Assembly: GCA_945787445.1 (NCBI GenBank)
Contig: CALZHT010000001.1
Span: forward strand, 22,460 to 86,459
DNA length: 64,000 nucleotides
Source: an uncultured Desulfobulbaceae bacterium
Lineage (GTDB): Bacteria > Desulfobacterota > Desulfobulbia > Desulfobulbales > CALZHT01
Direction: 5' to 3'
Below, one piece after another: positions 31,198 through 41,031 of the stretch (the first letter of the stretch is position 1; the number at the start of each line of letters is the position of its first letter). The position numbers were made by a program, and so were the translations under genes. The notes beneath the pieces are model-generated. The model was given only the letters and a program-made list of their open reading frames with translations, did not search any database and was not told the origin of the DNA.

Positions 31198-31734
31198 GTG
31201 AAATACCAGAAAATTCTTATAAAAAAAGATAATATCGTCGAGGTTCAATGCCCGAAATGCTTGACGAGAAGAACTTTTCCCGCGTCCAAGCTCGGCATAC
31301 AGAAACATTATGTAAAATTGAAATGTACCTGTGGTTTTATCTTTCTGGTCGAACTCGAATTCAGACAAAAAAATCGTAAAACAACCAACCTTGAAGGCTA
31401 TTTTTTCAATCTTTCTCTGTCGTCACGCATCGGTGATCCTATTAAGAAAATATCGGAAACCCATTTATATCATGACGGCAGATTTTTAAAGCCCGCCAAT
31501 TGCCAAATTAAAAGCATGTCAAAAAGTGGAGTGGGTTTTATCACCAAAAAACCACCCCCGCATGGTATCGAAACAGGGAACGAACTGCGCCTCATATTTA
31601 TCCTTGATAATTCCGCCAAAACCGAAATTATCAAAAAGGTTGTCGTGCGCTATGTGAAACAAAACTATATAGGGTGCGAGTTTGTTGAAAAAGACAAATA
31701 CGACACCGCTCTCGGCTTTTACTTCCTTTCCTGA
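31198..31734 (+). CDS. Zinc-ribbon plus PilZ-like domain protein
   Basis: CPKC...CTCG, then FRQKNRK, SMSKSGVGF, IGCEF; GTG at 31198 taken as start. Confidence 0.7.
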   Translation: MKYQKILIKKDNIVEVQCPKCLTRRTFPASKLGIQKHYVKLKCTCGFIFLVELEFRQKNRKTTNLEGYFFNLSLSSRIGDPIKKISETHLYHDGRFLKPANCQIKSMSKSGVGFITKKPPPHGIETGNELRLIFILDNSAKTEIIKKVVVRYVKQNYIGCEFVEKDKYDTALGFYFLS

Positions 31735-31794
31735 TCTTACCGCGGCATACCAATTTAGCTTAAAACTACATGGCAAAGAGCTTTACCTACCAAA

Positions 31795-32478
31795 TCAAAC
31801 CATCTTCTCCTTAGACCAATCATTATGCTCAAACTGGCTGTGGTCCGGTTTGGGTGGCTTAACTTCATTGAGCCTTGCCTGCAACCAAGTAAGAATCTTG
31901 TCGAACTCGCCAACAACCTCGGCAAGAGCCTTGCCTCGATGGCTCACCTTGTTTTTCTCTTCAGCCGAACATTCGGCAAAGGTTTTGCCATACGGAGTAT
32001 AATAAAAAACCGGGTCATAACCGAAACCTTGCTCCCCCATGGGCTCTGTGGTTATTTCTCCTTCACAGCGCCCCTCATAGGTAAGAGCCGGTCCGCTTGG
32101 CACAGCTATGGATATCACACATTCAAAGGCGGCCTTGCGATTAGTTTTTCCTGCCATTTCCTGTAAAAGCTTGGCGATATTGTCTTCATCCGCAGCATTT
32201 TCGCCGGCATAACGGGCAGATTTTACTCCTGGCGCCCCGTTCAGCGCTTCAACCACAAGACCGGAATCATCGGATATGGCAGGCAACCCTAGCACTTTTG
32301 CGGTGAAAGAGGCTTTTTTATAGGCATTGTCATCAAACGTTTCTCCGTCTTCCACCGCCTCAGGTATGGGGCCGAAATCATTTAAACTTCTCAGCTCGAT
32401 TGGAAATCCCTTTAATAACTCCCGAAACTCTTTGACCTTTCCTTCATTGCGGGTTGCCAAAACAATTATGCTCTCCAT
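31795..32478 (-). CDS. rdgB: XTP/dITP diphosphatase (RdgB/Ham1)
   Basis: ATRNEGKVKE, DDSGL, GAPGVKSAR, GFGYDPVF, SHRGKA. Confidence 0.93.
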   Translation of the reverse strand: MESIIVLATRNEGKVKEFRELLKGFPIELRSLNDFGPIPEAVEDGETFDDNAYKKASFTAKVLGLPAISDDSGLVVEALNGAPGVKSARYAGENAADEDNIAKLLQEMAGKTNRKAAFECVISIAVPSGPALTYEGRCEGEITTEPMGEQGFGYDPVFYYTPYGKTFAECSAEEKNKVSHRGKALAEVVGEFDKILTWLQARLNEVKPPKPDHSQFEHNDWSKEKMV

Positions 32479-32833
32479 ATATATTCTCCTCCGTTCTCTT
32501 AGAGTTTTTTTCGATGCGCAAAAAGAATATTATACCTGCACCATGATAAATCAACAAAATAAAGCGGCTCTGCCTCACCATTGATTGACAGTAAGCCAGT
32601 AAATAACGTAAAGTTTCCTCTATGCAAAATGCAAAAGATAAAGGTATTATAACGGGATACAAAGTCATGGAAAGAAGGGTATATTTCCGAAAAGCTAATG
32701 ACCTATTCACCAAAATGGCGGGCCAATGCTCGTTATTATGCGGCAGAGGAATCCCGCACGAAAAGAAAACCATAGTTTCCGAGAAAAATAGTTAGTGGAA
32801 AATCACAAATCAATAAATATGGAATAGCAACCA

Positions 32834-33886
32834 ATGGCAGGAAATACATTTGGCACGGTTTTCAGGATTACAACATGGGGGGAATCCCATGGTACAGCGA
32901 TCGGGGCTGCCATTGACGGGTGCCCGCCCGGCCTGGAACTCTCCCCTGCAGATATTCAGAAAGACATGGACCGGCGCCGTCCCGGTACAGGTGGGCCGGC
33001 AAGCCCGCGCAAGGAGCCGGACAAGGTGGAAATCCTCTCCGGCACCTTTGAGGACCGTACCACCGGGACCCCCATTTCCCTGATAATTTATAACAAGGAT
33101 GCCCACAGTAAATCCTATGATCACTTGAAAACCGTCTTCCGGCCGGGTCACGGCGACATTACCTATCTCAAGAAGTACGGTATCCGTGATCATCGCGGCG
33201 GCGGCCGGGCATCGGCACGGGAAACCGCCGCCCGGGTGGCGGCAGGCGCGGTGGCCAGAAAAATACTGGCCGTCCACAATATTTCCGTACTGGCCTATAC
33301 CATTGCCATGGGCGGTATTACCACGGAGAAACGGGCTGTTGCCGAAATTACCCAAAACAGGCTATGCTGCCCTGATAATGAAACCGCCGCCAAGATGGAA
33401 AAAAAAATCGACCAGGTCCGCAAACAGGGAGATTCCCTTGGCGGCATTGTAGAAATAACAGCAAGCGGATGTCCAGCAGGTCTTGGCGAACCTGTGTTTG
33501 ACAAACTTGATGCCGAGCTTGCCAAGGCCCTCATGTCCATAGGTGCGGTAAAAGGGGTGGAAATCGGCTCGGGTTTTGCAGCAGCTCATCTCACTGGTTC
33601 CCAGAATAACGATCCCATTACTCCGGCAGGCTTTGCCTCAAACCGGTCCGGCGGCATCCTCGCAGGTCTATCAAATGGCGATGATATCATTGCCAGGGTT
33701 GCTGTAAAACCTATTCCTTCGATAAGCATTGAGCAGCAAACCATAGACCTTGATAATAAGCCGGTACCTGTTAAAATTGGCGGGCGGCACGATATCTCTG
33801 CCATACCCAGAATCATTCCGGTTTGTGAAGCCATGGTATGCCTGACCCTTGCAGATCACTACTTGCGGCAAAAAGCGATCACGTGA
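32834..33886 (+). CDS. aroC: Chorismate synthase
   Basis: TWGESHG, RPGHGD, GGGRASARETAARVAAGA, GRHD. Confidence 0.96.
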   Translation: MAGNTFGTVFRITTWGESHGTAIGAAIDGCPPGLELSPADIQKDMDRRRPGTGGPASPRKEPDKVEILSGTFEDRTTGTPISLIIYNKDAHSKSYDHLKTVFRPGHGDITYLKKYGIRDHRGGGRASARETAARVAAGAVARKILAVHNISVLAYTIAMGGITTEKRAVAEITQNRLCCPDNETAAKMEKKIDQVRKQGDSLGGIVEITASGCPAGLGEPVFDKLDAELAKALMSIGAVKGVEIGSGFAAAHLTGSQNNDPITPAGFASNRSGGILAGLSNGDDIIARVAVKPIPSISIEQQTIDLDNKPVPVKIGGRHDISAIPRIIPVCEAMVCLTLADHYLRQKAIT

Positions 33887-33939
33887 TATGCAAAAAATTA
33901 CTACGAAATGTCTAGGCCAAATTCTCCAGGAAGTTCTTG

Positions 33940-35562
33940 ATGGTCAATAAACGTCAAAAAAATTCCATAAAAAACATTTGGATGGTAACCAGAGAATACG
34001 ACGGTATCGCCGGAGCTGGAGGCGTAAAGGATGTTTCCAAACAACTGGCAGATGCCCTTGCCAACAAGGCAAAAAAAATAAGCGTTATTCTCCCATTATA
34101 CGGCTTTATGAATCCCGAGGAGCATGGCTTCAAGCCTCTGGACATCACCTTTGATGTGGATATGGACTATGTCGGTCTTGAGCGCCAGGAACATGTACAG
34201 TTATGGGAGCGACATAAGAATAAGGTGCGAATCTATCTGGTTGATAGCCAGCGGTTTCGAGAAAAAAGAAGCATCTATACATATACGGCAGAAGAGGAAG
34301 CGGAGAACCCGGCCAACCTTCAGGGAAAAGGGCATAGCGATTATTTCGCCATGAATGTTCTGCTGCAAAAATCAGCTATCGCTGCCATGATCCACCTTGA
34401 TGAAAGGCCGGACATCATTCATTGCCAGGACGGCCATACCGCTATTTTGCCTGCCCTGACCAGAGAGACAGAAGGATACCGCCATTTTTTCAATAAAACA
34501 GGTTTTGTCGTTACGATTCACAATGCCGGTTTCGGACACCATCAGGAAGTGGGAGATCTACCCTTTGCCCAGACCATCTGTGGCTTGCCATCCCGCACCA
34601 TCAAGAGCAGCTTGCTTGATAATATGTTTGACCCTTTTCTTGCTGCTGCTCCCCATGCTGTTTTAAACACGGTCAGCGAAAACTATGCCCGTGAGCTCCA
34701 GGAAACGTCTGATGATGCTCTCACCGGCTGGCTGGGCCACCACCTGAAAAGCAAAGGTATACAACTGGCAGGTATAACCAATGGTATTAATCCGGAGAAT
34801 TATAATCCTGCAAACCCTAAAAAAATGGGGACATTCGCTGCTTTTGATCCTCTGGCAGGAAAGTTCGCAGGAAAAAAGAAATGCAAACACAACTTATTAG
34901 AGGCACTGAATAACCACAAGCACGACCACATTCTCCAGTTTGGAAATTTGGAAAATAAAGACAATTGTCCACTGTTTACTTTTATTGGCCGGCTCTCTGT
35001 GCAAAAAGGAGTGGATAAACTTGTTGAAGCCCTGGAAGCCTTGTTTCACACGGAAGATAACTTTCAGGTTCTGGCCCTGGGCACAGGCACCAAAGACCTG
35101 GAAGGTGACCTTGTCCGTTTGACAACATCTGCAGAGAGGCAAGGCAGAATATGCGTGCTTCTTGGATATGACCCGGTACTAGCCAATCAAATTTATGCTG
35201 CGGGAGATTTTTTTGTTATACCATCACAGTACGAACCTTGCGGATTAACGGATTTCCTTGCCCAGTTGTTTGGCAATGTTCCCATTGTCCACCATGTAGG
35301 GGGACTTGTTAAGGTCATAAACGGTGTTACAGGTTTTACTTATGACGATCACAGCTCTGCTGCTCTTATGGCAAGCATGCAGAAAGCCTTGCAGGTTTAC
35401 CGCAATTCCCCTCAAACCATAAAAAAGCTGCAACGGGCCGCCGTAAAACATCTGCATGAAAATTATACATGGGACAAAGTTGTAGAGCGGTATCTTGTCC
35501 TGTATCAAGAGGCCCTTGCCCTTGCAGGATTAACAAAAGTAAATATTGCTCATATAAATTGA
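33940..35562 (+). CDS. glgA: Glycogen/starch synthase (GT5), divergent
   Basis: HCQDGHT, TIHN, NTVSENYA, GITNGI, GRLSVQKG, PSQYEPCGL; N-terminal motif is AGAGGVKDV instead of KTGGLGDV. Confidence 0.8.
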   Translation: MVNKRQKNSIKNIWMVTREYDGIAGAGGVKDVSKQLADALANKAKKISVILPLYGFMNPEEHGFKPLDITFDVDMDYVGLERQEHVQLWERHKNKVRIYLVDSQRFREKRSIYTYTAEEEAENPANLQGKGHSDYFAMNVLLQKSAIAAMIHLDERPDIIHCQDGHTAILPALTRETEGYRHFFNKTGFVVTIHNAGFGHHQEVGDLPFAQTICGLPSRTIKSSLLDNMFDPFLAAAPHAVLNTVSENYARELQETSDDALTGWLGHHLKSKGIQLAGITNGINPENYNPANPKKMGTFAAFDPLAGKFAGKKKCKHNLLEALNNHKHDHILQFGNLENKDNCPLFTFIGRLSVQKGVDKLVEALEALFHTEDNFQVLALGTGTKDLEGDLVRLTTSAERQGRICVLLGYDPVLANQIYAAGDFFVIPSQYEPCGLTDFLAQLFGNVPIVHHVGGLVKVINGVTGFTYDDHSSAALMASMQKALQVYRNSPQTIKKLQRAAVKHLHENYTWDKVVERYLVLYQEALALAGLTKVNIAHIN

Positions 35563-35604
35563 ATCGCAAGAAACGGAAAGGGAAACAAAAAAAGGAGGTC
35601 ACGT

Positions 35605-36609
35605 ATGGCTGTACGAATCGGAATCAACGGTTTTGGGAGAATTGGCCGCAACATATTCAGGGCCATTGACAAAGACAAGACTTTTGCAGATCTCGAGGTC
35701 GTGGCCATTAACGACCTTACGGACAAGACCACATCCGCACATCTGCTCAAATACGACTCGGTCATGGGAGTGTACGACAGGGATGTAAAAGCGACCGACC
35801 AGGGACTCGAAGTGGATGGCAACAACATAGAAATATTCAGCCACCGAAACCCTGCGGATATCCCTTGGGGCAACATTGGTGTAGATTATGTCCTAGAATC
35901 CACCGGTTTGTTCACCAGTGACGAAAAGGCCCAGGCCCATCTTGATGCCGGAGCAAAAAAAGTGATCATTTCCGCCCCAGCAAAGGGCAATGTCAAAACC
36001 ATTGTTATGGGGGTTAATGAACATGAATATGATCCGACCGAACACCATATCATTTCAAACGCTTCCTGCACCACAAACTGCCTTGCTCCTTTTGCCAAAG
36101 TTATCATGGACCGGTTCGGCATCAAACGGGGTCTTATGACCACCATTCATGCGTACACCAACGACCAGCGCATCCTTGACTTCCCACACAGCGATCTGCG
36201 GCGGGCCAGAGCCGCCGCTTTATCAATGATACCGACAAAAACGGGCGCGGCAGCGGCCGTGTCTCTTGTGATCCCTGAATTAAAAGGAAAATTTGACGGC
36301 ATGGCAATCAGGGTTCCGACCCCCAATGTCTCGGTTGTTGATGCGGTTATGGAAGTTGAAAAAGAAACCACGGTTCCGGAAGTCAATCAGGCCTTGAAAG
36401 AGGCGGCCAACCGCTATCTCGGCTATTCGGAAGAACCTCTTGTCTCCATTGACTATCAGGGAAATCCCCATTCTTCAGTGGTGGACGCCATGTCAACCAA
36501 AGTGATAGGATCCATGGTCAAGGTTCTTAGTTGGTATGACAATGAATGGGGCTACTCAAACAGGATGCTCGACTTGATCCTGCTGATGGAATCCCTCAAG
36601 CCTCTATAA
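35605..36609 (+). CDS. gap: Glyceraldehyde-3-phosphate dehydrogenase, type I
   Basis: [28 protein letters not shown]; RBS AAGGAGG. Confidence 0.97.
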   Translation: MAVRIGINGFGRIGRNIFRAIDKDKTFADLEVVAINDLTDKTTSAHLLKYDSVMGVYDRDVKATDQGLEVDGNNIEIFSHRNPADIPWGNIGVDYVLESTGLFTSDEKAQAHLDAGAKKVIISAPAKGNVKTIVMGVNEHEYDPTEHHIISNASCTTNCLAPFAKVIMDRFGIKRGLMTTIHAYTNDQRILDFPHSDLRRARAAALSMIPTKTGAAAAVSLVIPELKGKFDGMAIRVPTPNVSVVDAVMEVEKETTVPEVNQALKEAANRYLGYSEEPLVSIDYQGNPHSSVVDAMSTKVIGSMVKVLSWYDNEWGYSNRMLDLILLMESLKPL

Positions 36610-36659
36610 ACAGTGGATAAAGGACGAACAAACAACTACCCCCCATTGTCCATATAAAC

Positions 36660-39600
36660 ATGAGCATGAGCAGCCAAAGCAAGCTTGTCATAGAGTCCGA
36701 TGCCCTGAAGGCAAACCTCCTGGAAACAGCGGTCGAAGATGTTTTCATTGACCCTTCCTATGGAGTTCTTCTGGATATTGCTGCGAACTATAAAGGGATC
36801 CTCAACAATCTCAATGAATTGCTCTATGAAGTGAGCCATCCTTTCCGCAACTGGAACCTGATTCTCCCCAGACTGCGGGCCTTTGTCCTCAAAAACTGCG
36901 ACATGTACCGCCGCCATGAGCGCGGACCCGAGGCTTTTGCAAAATTCTCCCTTATCTTTTTTGCTGCCATAGACGGATCCAAAAAAAATGAAGCCCTTCT
37001 CTTTCAAGCCATTGAATCTTTCTTGGGTTATGCGGATAAATTGATCAGTTCCCTTGAGCCGCAAGATCTCCCGGTTTATGAACAGGCTTTGGCCTCCTTT
37101 TTTTCCCAGCTGCATGACCTCAATGAAATAGAAATGATGTATGTCGTCCAAGGCCATCATCCGGTAAAAAAAATAAGTCTTCGTTTGCTTGACCTGGGGG
37201 AGAGGCTAGCAACTACCAAGGGCAAATATAACTTCACCCCTCTCGTCCGATTGATGAAAAGGATCCTGTCCTTGAACTATCAATACTGGCTGAAAGAAGA
37301 TGATCCCTTGCCATGGTTCACCACCCAGTGTGGTGAAATGTGCCGGGGCTGGGAGGCGGGAAAACTCTTTAATGCCATATCCCATAACCAGATCCGCAGC
37401 CATTCCCAGAACCTTGAAAAAATGGAAGAGGGATCATCTTCCGAGAGTTTGATGGCCATTTTAGAGCTTCCTTCCCACATGGATATTGTCCGGTTCTATA
37501 AACAGGTGCCGGAAAAGCTCATTGAAGAAATGGGCCCTGGGGAAGAAATAGAAAAAGAGGGTTTATCGGTGGACCGCTTTTCAGAAAACCGCAAACTCCT
37601 TTTTCTCTTCCGGATCATGGAAACCGCCGGCCTCTTCCTTATTCACGAAGAAACCCTGCGGGAGATCAACCGCAGCCTGGTCCAGCTCATTCGCCAGCAG
37701 ACCTTTGAGGAGATAGAACGATTCCTGCTCACCACCTTTAAACTATTGAAGCGTAATGTCCGGAAATACCCCCACACCTCTTTGCAATGCATCCAGGTAC
37801 TGGGAACAGAGGTCTTTAATCGAGGAAACAGCAGGCTTGTCGAAGCTTTTTTGTGGGAAACCGTCCGGTTCGGATTTCAATATGCCAATGTCAGCGGGGT
37901 TAATGAAGACTGGCAGCCCATTGCCAATCCAGCGCATCTTGCCAATATCCGGGTGTGGCTCAACCTGATCATACAGGAGCCCAAATGGTGCGCTACCTTG
38001 TTTTCCGCTCTGATCATCAATATCAAGCTCACCGATACTTGTATAAAGGATACAGATCTTTTCCAAAAAGATATCAGCCAGCTCCTCAACCATCCCATAG
38101 GACCTGTATACAACTTGGTCAAACAGTTTGCCAAGCTCATGCCGGTCTTTTACAATGAGATTGGCGCAGAAGGGCTGCTGCGCGACGTTTCCACCGATGT
38201 TGATGAAATTCACAACCGCAAAGACAAGCTCATCCATTTTCTCCGCAAACAGAGCCACGTTGAAAGCAGCAACCTGATTGTTGATTTTATCGAGGCCATC
38301 TTTGCGTTCTGGAAAACCAGAGACAAAAACGTGCTCGCCCCGTTTCTCCCGCAAGAAGTCTTGCGGGACATAGAATCCCACGGTCCCTATGTCGATGACA
38401 TGCACCGCTTGATGCAGAAGATTCTTAGGCTGCCCAATATTCGCGACCTTGAAGATCTGCTGGAATGGGAAGACCATAAACTTGAAATGTTTCTGGCAAC
38501 CCAAAAAGATATTCCGGAGAAGGAACGTCAACGATTCCGGCTCATGATCCGGATGTACAATCTCCTGCACCAGAAATACAACCTTGGCTTGCAGGAACTT
38601 CGCCACCAGTTGGAGCAGGCTGCCAATTCAGGCTTTCCGGAAATGGAGCAATTGCTCGGTGACCTTGAAATATGCGACACTTTCCAATGCCTGGCTGCCC
38701 TGTTGGATCACCTGGAAAATCTCAAAGAGATTATTTTAAGCGAGAAGCAGTATGAGGCCAAAGAAGATATCTATTTCAAAAGGCATATTGCCGTTGATAT
38801 CCCATCGGTGTATGGCCGCTACCGGGAAAGAAAATTCGATGCCCTGGGATTAACTTTCAGGCTGGAGAACCTCGCCAATATCTATCTGGAAAAATTGCCG
38901 GCCACCATAAACCTTTCCTTCATCACCAAAGCCACCTTCAACCGGATTATCAAATGTTTGAACCTGTATTTGCGCGCCTTACGAATTGACGGAGTCTCGA
39001 GTCGAAAACTGGAAACGTATCTTTCGCTTCTCTCCAGCTCATCTGATATCAAGCGTTTTTCCTATACCCAATATATTGATATCATCAGGGGCCTTTCAGA
39101 AGGAGTAAAGGACGTCATCTACGCCTATTACACCAATATTCACCAGAACAATCTTTCCATCATCATTCCCCAGATCGGCCACCAAAACCTGCTGCCGAAA
39201 TTCAAATCCCTCTGGGAGGAAACCGGCAAACAGTTCCATGACCCAGCTGACATCGCGGGTACGAAATTATCAACTAAAGAACAGAAGGGAGCCAAGGTCG
39301 ATCCTGTTCTTTCCCAGCGTATTTTCGGGTTGTCAGAATCATTCATGCGAGACCTTATCGCCGGCACCTTTGGTCTGCAGCTATTGGATAATTTCATTAC
39401 TCGGATATACCAGACCCTTGAGCATCAAAAGGATCTCCTGGACGAAAAAAGCCTCGATCTTCTGATGACCTATAACCCGGATAATGCAATCAGCTATTTA
39501 CACAAACACAACCAGCACACCAACAATCTGATCCATCTCGGCAACAAGGGTTATAATCTTGCCCAGCTTGCCATGGAAGGCAAACCGATCCCTTCGGGTT

Positions 39601-41018
39601 TTATTATCACCACGGAGATATACCGGTGCTGGCCGGTAATCAAAAACTTCAGCCGGGCCCGCAATGAATTGATGAACCAGATCCGGCAATCATTAAACGA
39701 GCTGGAAAAAGCCACCGGCCGCCAGTTCGGTGATCCGGAAAATCCCCTGTTGCTCTCGGTGCGCAGCGGTGCCGCCATTTCCATGCCCGGCATGATGGCA
39801 ACCATTCACAATGTCGGCCTGAATCAAGAGATCGTGCAAGAATTCGCCAAACACTCCGGCAAAGAATATCTGGCCTGGGACAACTACCGCCGTTTTCTGC
39901 AATCTTGGGCGATGAGCAAAGGAGTAGGGCGTGAGGTATTCCAAAAACTTATGAATGGCGCCAAAAAACAGCATGGCGTCACGGTCAAAAAAGATTTCAC
40001 CCCGGAACAGATGAAGGAACTGGCCCTTAGTTACCAAAAAACCGTGCGTAATCTCGGGATCGGTTTTCCGGATGATCCCTGGCTGCAGCTCACTGGTGCG
40101 GTGGAAATGGTGCTGGATTCCTGGAATACCAATAAAACCAGGGAATACCGGTCTTTGATGGATGTGTCCGAATCCTGGGGCACGGCGGTAATTGTGCAGG
40201 TCATGGTGTTCGGCAATTTAAGCCAAGAGGCGGGCAGCGGCGTCTCCTTTACCGCCCACCCCTATAGAAAAGTAAGCAGGGTGGCGCTGTGGGGCGATTA
40301 CGCGCCGGGCGATCAAGGCGAGGATATTGTCAGCGGCCTGGTAACCACGCACCCCGTCTCGGTTGAACAGGCGGAAATTGACGGGCGTTCCAAGGAAAAC
40401 ACCCTGGAACTCCGTTTTCCTGAGGTATACAATGAGCTGTTACGGCTCTCCCGTGAATTGGTCTATGAAAAAAGCTGGAATCCCCAGGAAATCGAGTTCA
40501 CCTTTGAAGGCCCGAAGGCAGAGGATCTTTATATCTTGCAGACTCGTGACATGATAACCATCAAAAAGAAGGAGACCTTCCATGTCTTTGAAGAGTCTGG
40601 CGGTTTTGAAAAATACATCCTTGGAAAAGGTATTGGGGTAAGCGGCAGCGCTTTATCCGGCCGGGCGGTGTTTACTGCGGATAACATAAAAGCCCTCCGC
40701 CAGGAAGACCCAGACACTCCTCTCATTCTTATCCGCCAGGACACCGTGCCTGAGGATATCAAGGAAATCTCCATGGCGGACGGCCTGCTCACCGCCCGGG
40801 GCGGACAAACCTCCCATGCTTCGGTAGTTGCCCTGCGGCTGGATAAGACCTGCATGGTCGGCTGTGATACCCTGAAGGTTTTTGAAACCCGAGAGTACGC
40901 TGAAATCGGCGGGCAGGTCATCCGGTTTGGTGATCCGGTCAGCATCGACGGCCGCAAGGGCCTACTCATAAAAGGCATGCACCAGACAAAAAAGGAAATG
41001 CACATCCTGCCCATGTAA
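36660..41018 (+). CDS. Large PPDK-related dikinase: ~950-aa unknown N-terminus, ATP-grasp domain and phospho-His swivel domain; no pyruvate-binding barrel
   Basis: GNKG (~aa 961), GFIITTE, LLSVRSGAAISMPGMM, QGEDIVSG, EIEFT, LQTR, TARGGQTSHASVVA (His ~1386); the protein ends 66 aa after the His. Confidence 0.85.
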   Translation: MSMSSQSKLVIESDALKANLLETAVEDVFIDPSYGVLLDIAANYKGILNNLNELLYEVSHPFRNWNLILPRLRAFVLKNCDMYRRHERGPEAFAKFSLIFFAAIDGSKKNEALLFQAIESFLGYADKLISSLEPQDLPVYEQALASFFSQLHDLNEIEMMYVVQGHHPVKKISLRLLDLGERLATTKGKYNFTPLVRLMKRILSLNYQYWLKEDDPLPWFTTQCGEMCRGWEAGKLFNAISHNQIRSHSQNLEKMEEGSSSESLMAILELPSHMDIVRFYKQVPEKLIEEMGPGEEIEKEGLSVDRFSENRKLLFLFRIMETAGLFLIHEETLREINRSLVQLIRQQTFEEIERFLLTTFKLLKRNVRKYPHTSLQCIQVLGTEVFNRGNSRLVEAFLWETVRFGFQYANVSGVNEDWQPIANPAHLANIRVWLNLIIQEPKWCATLFSALIINIKLTDTCIKDTDLFQKDISQLLNHPIGPVYNLVKQFAKLMPVFYNEIGAEGLLRDVSTDVDEIHNRKDKLIHFLRKQSHVESSNLIVDFIEAIFAFWKTRDKNVLAPFLPQEVLRDIESHGPYVDDMHRLMQKILRLPNIRDLEDLLEWEDHKLEMFLATQKDIPEKERQRFRLMIRMYNLLHQKYNLGLQELRHQLEQAANSGFPEMEQLLGDLEICDTFQCLAALLDHLENLKEIILSEKQYEAKEDIYFKRHIAVDIPSVYGRYRERKFDALGLTFRLENLANIYLEKLPATINLSFITKATFNRIIKCLNLYLRALRIDGVSSRKLETYLSLLSSSSDIKRFSYTQYIDIIRGLSEGVKDVIYAYYTNIHQNNLSIIIPQIGHQNLLPKFKSLWEETGKQFHDPADIAGTKLSTKEQKGAKVDPVLSQRIFGLSESFMRDLIAGTFGLQLLDNFITRIYQTLEHQKDLLDEKSLDLLMTYNPDNAISYLHKHNQHTNNLIHLGNKGYNLAQLAMEGKPIPSGFIITTEIYRCWPVIKNFSRARNELMNQIRQSLNELEKATGRQFGDPENPLLLSVRSGAAISMPGMMATIHNVGLNQEIVQEFAKHSGKEYLAWDNYRRFLQSWAMSKGVGREVFQKLMNGAKKQHGVTVKKDFTPEQMKELALSYQKTVRNLGIGFPDDPWLQLTGAVEMVLDSWNTNKTREYRSLMDVSESWGTAVIVQVMVFGNLSQEAGSGVSFTAHPYRKVSRVALWGDYAPGDQGEDIVSGLVTTHPVSVEQAEIDGRSKENTLELRFPEVYNELLRLSRELVYEKSWNPQEIEFTFEGPKAEDLYILQTRDMITIKKKETFHVFEESGGFEKYILGKGIGVSGSALSGRAVFTADNIKALRQEDPDTPLILIRQDTVPEDIKEISMADGLLTARGGQTSHASVVALRLDKTCMVGCDTLKVFETREYAEIGGQVIRFGDPVSIDGRKGLLIKGMHQTKKEMHILPM

Positions 41019-41031
41019 AGGCACATCACCC

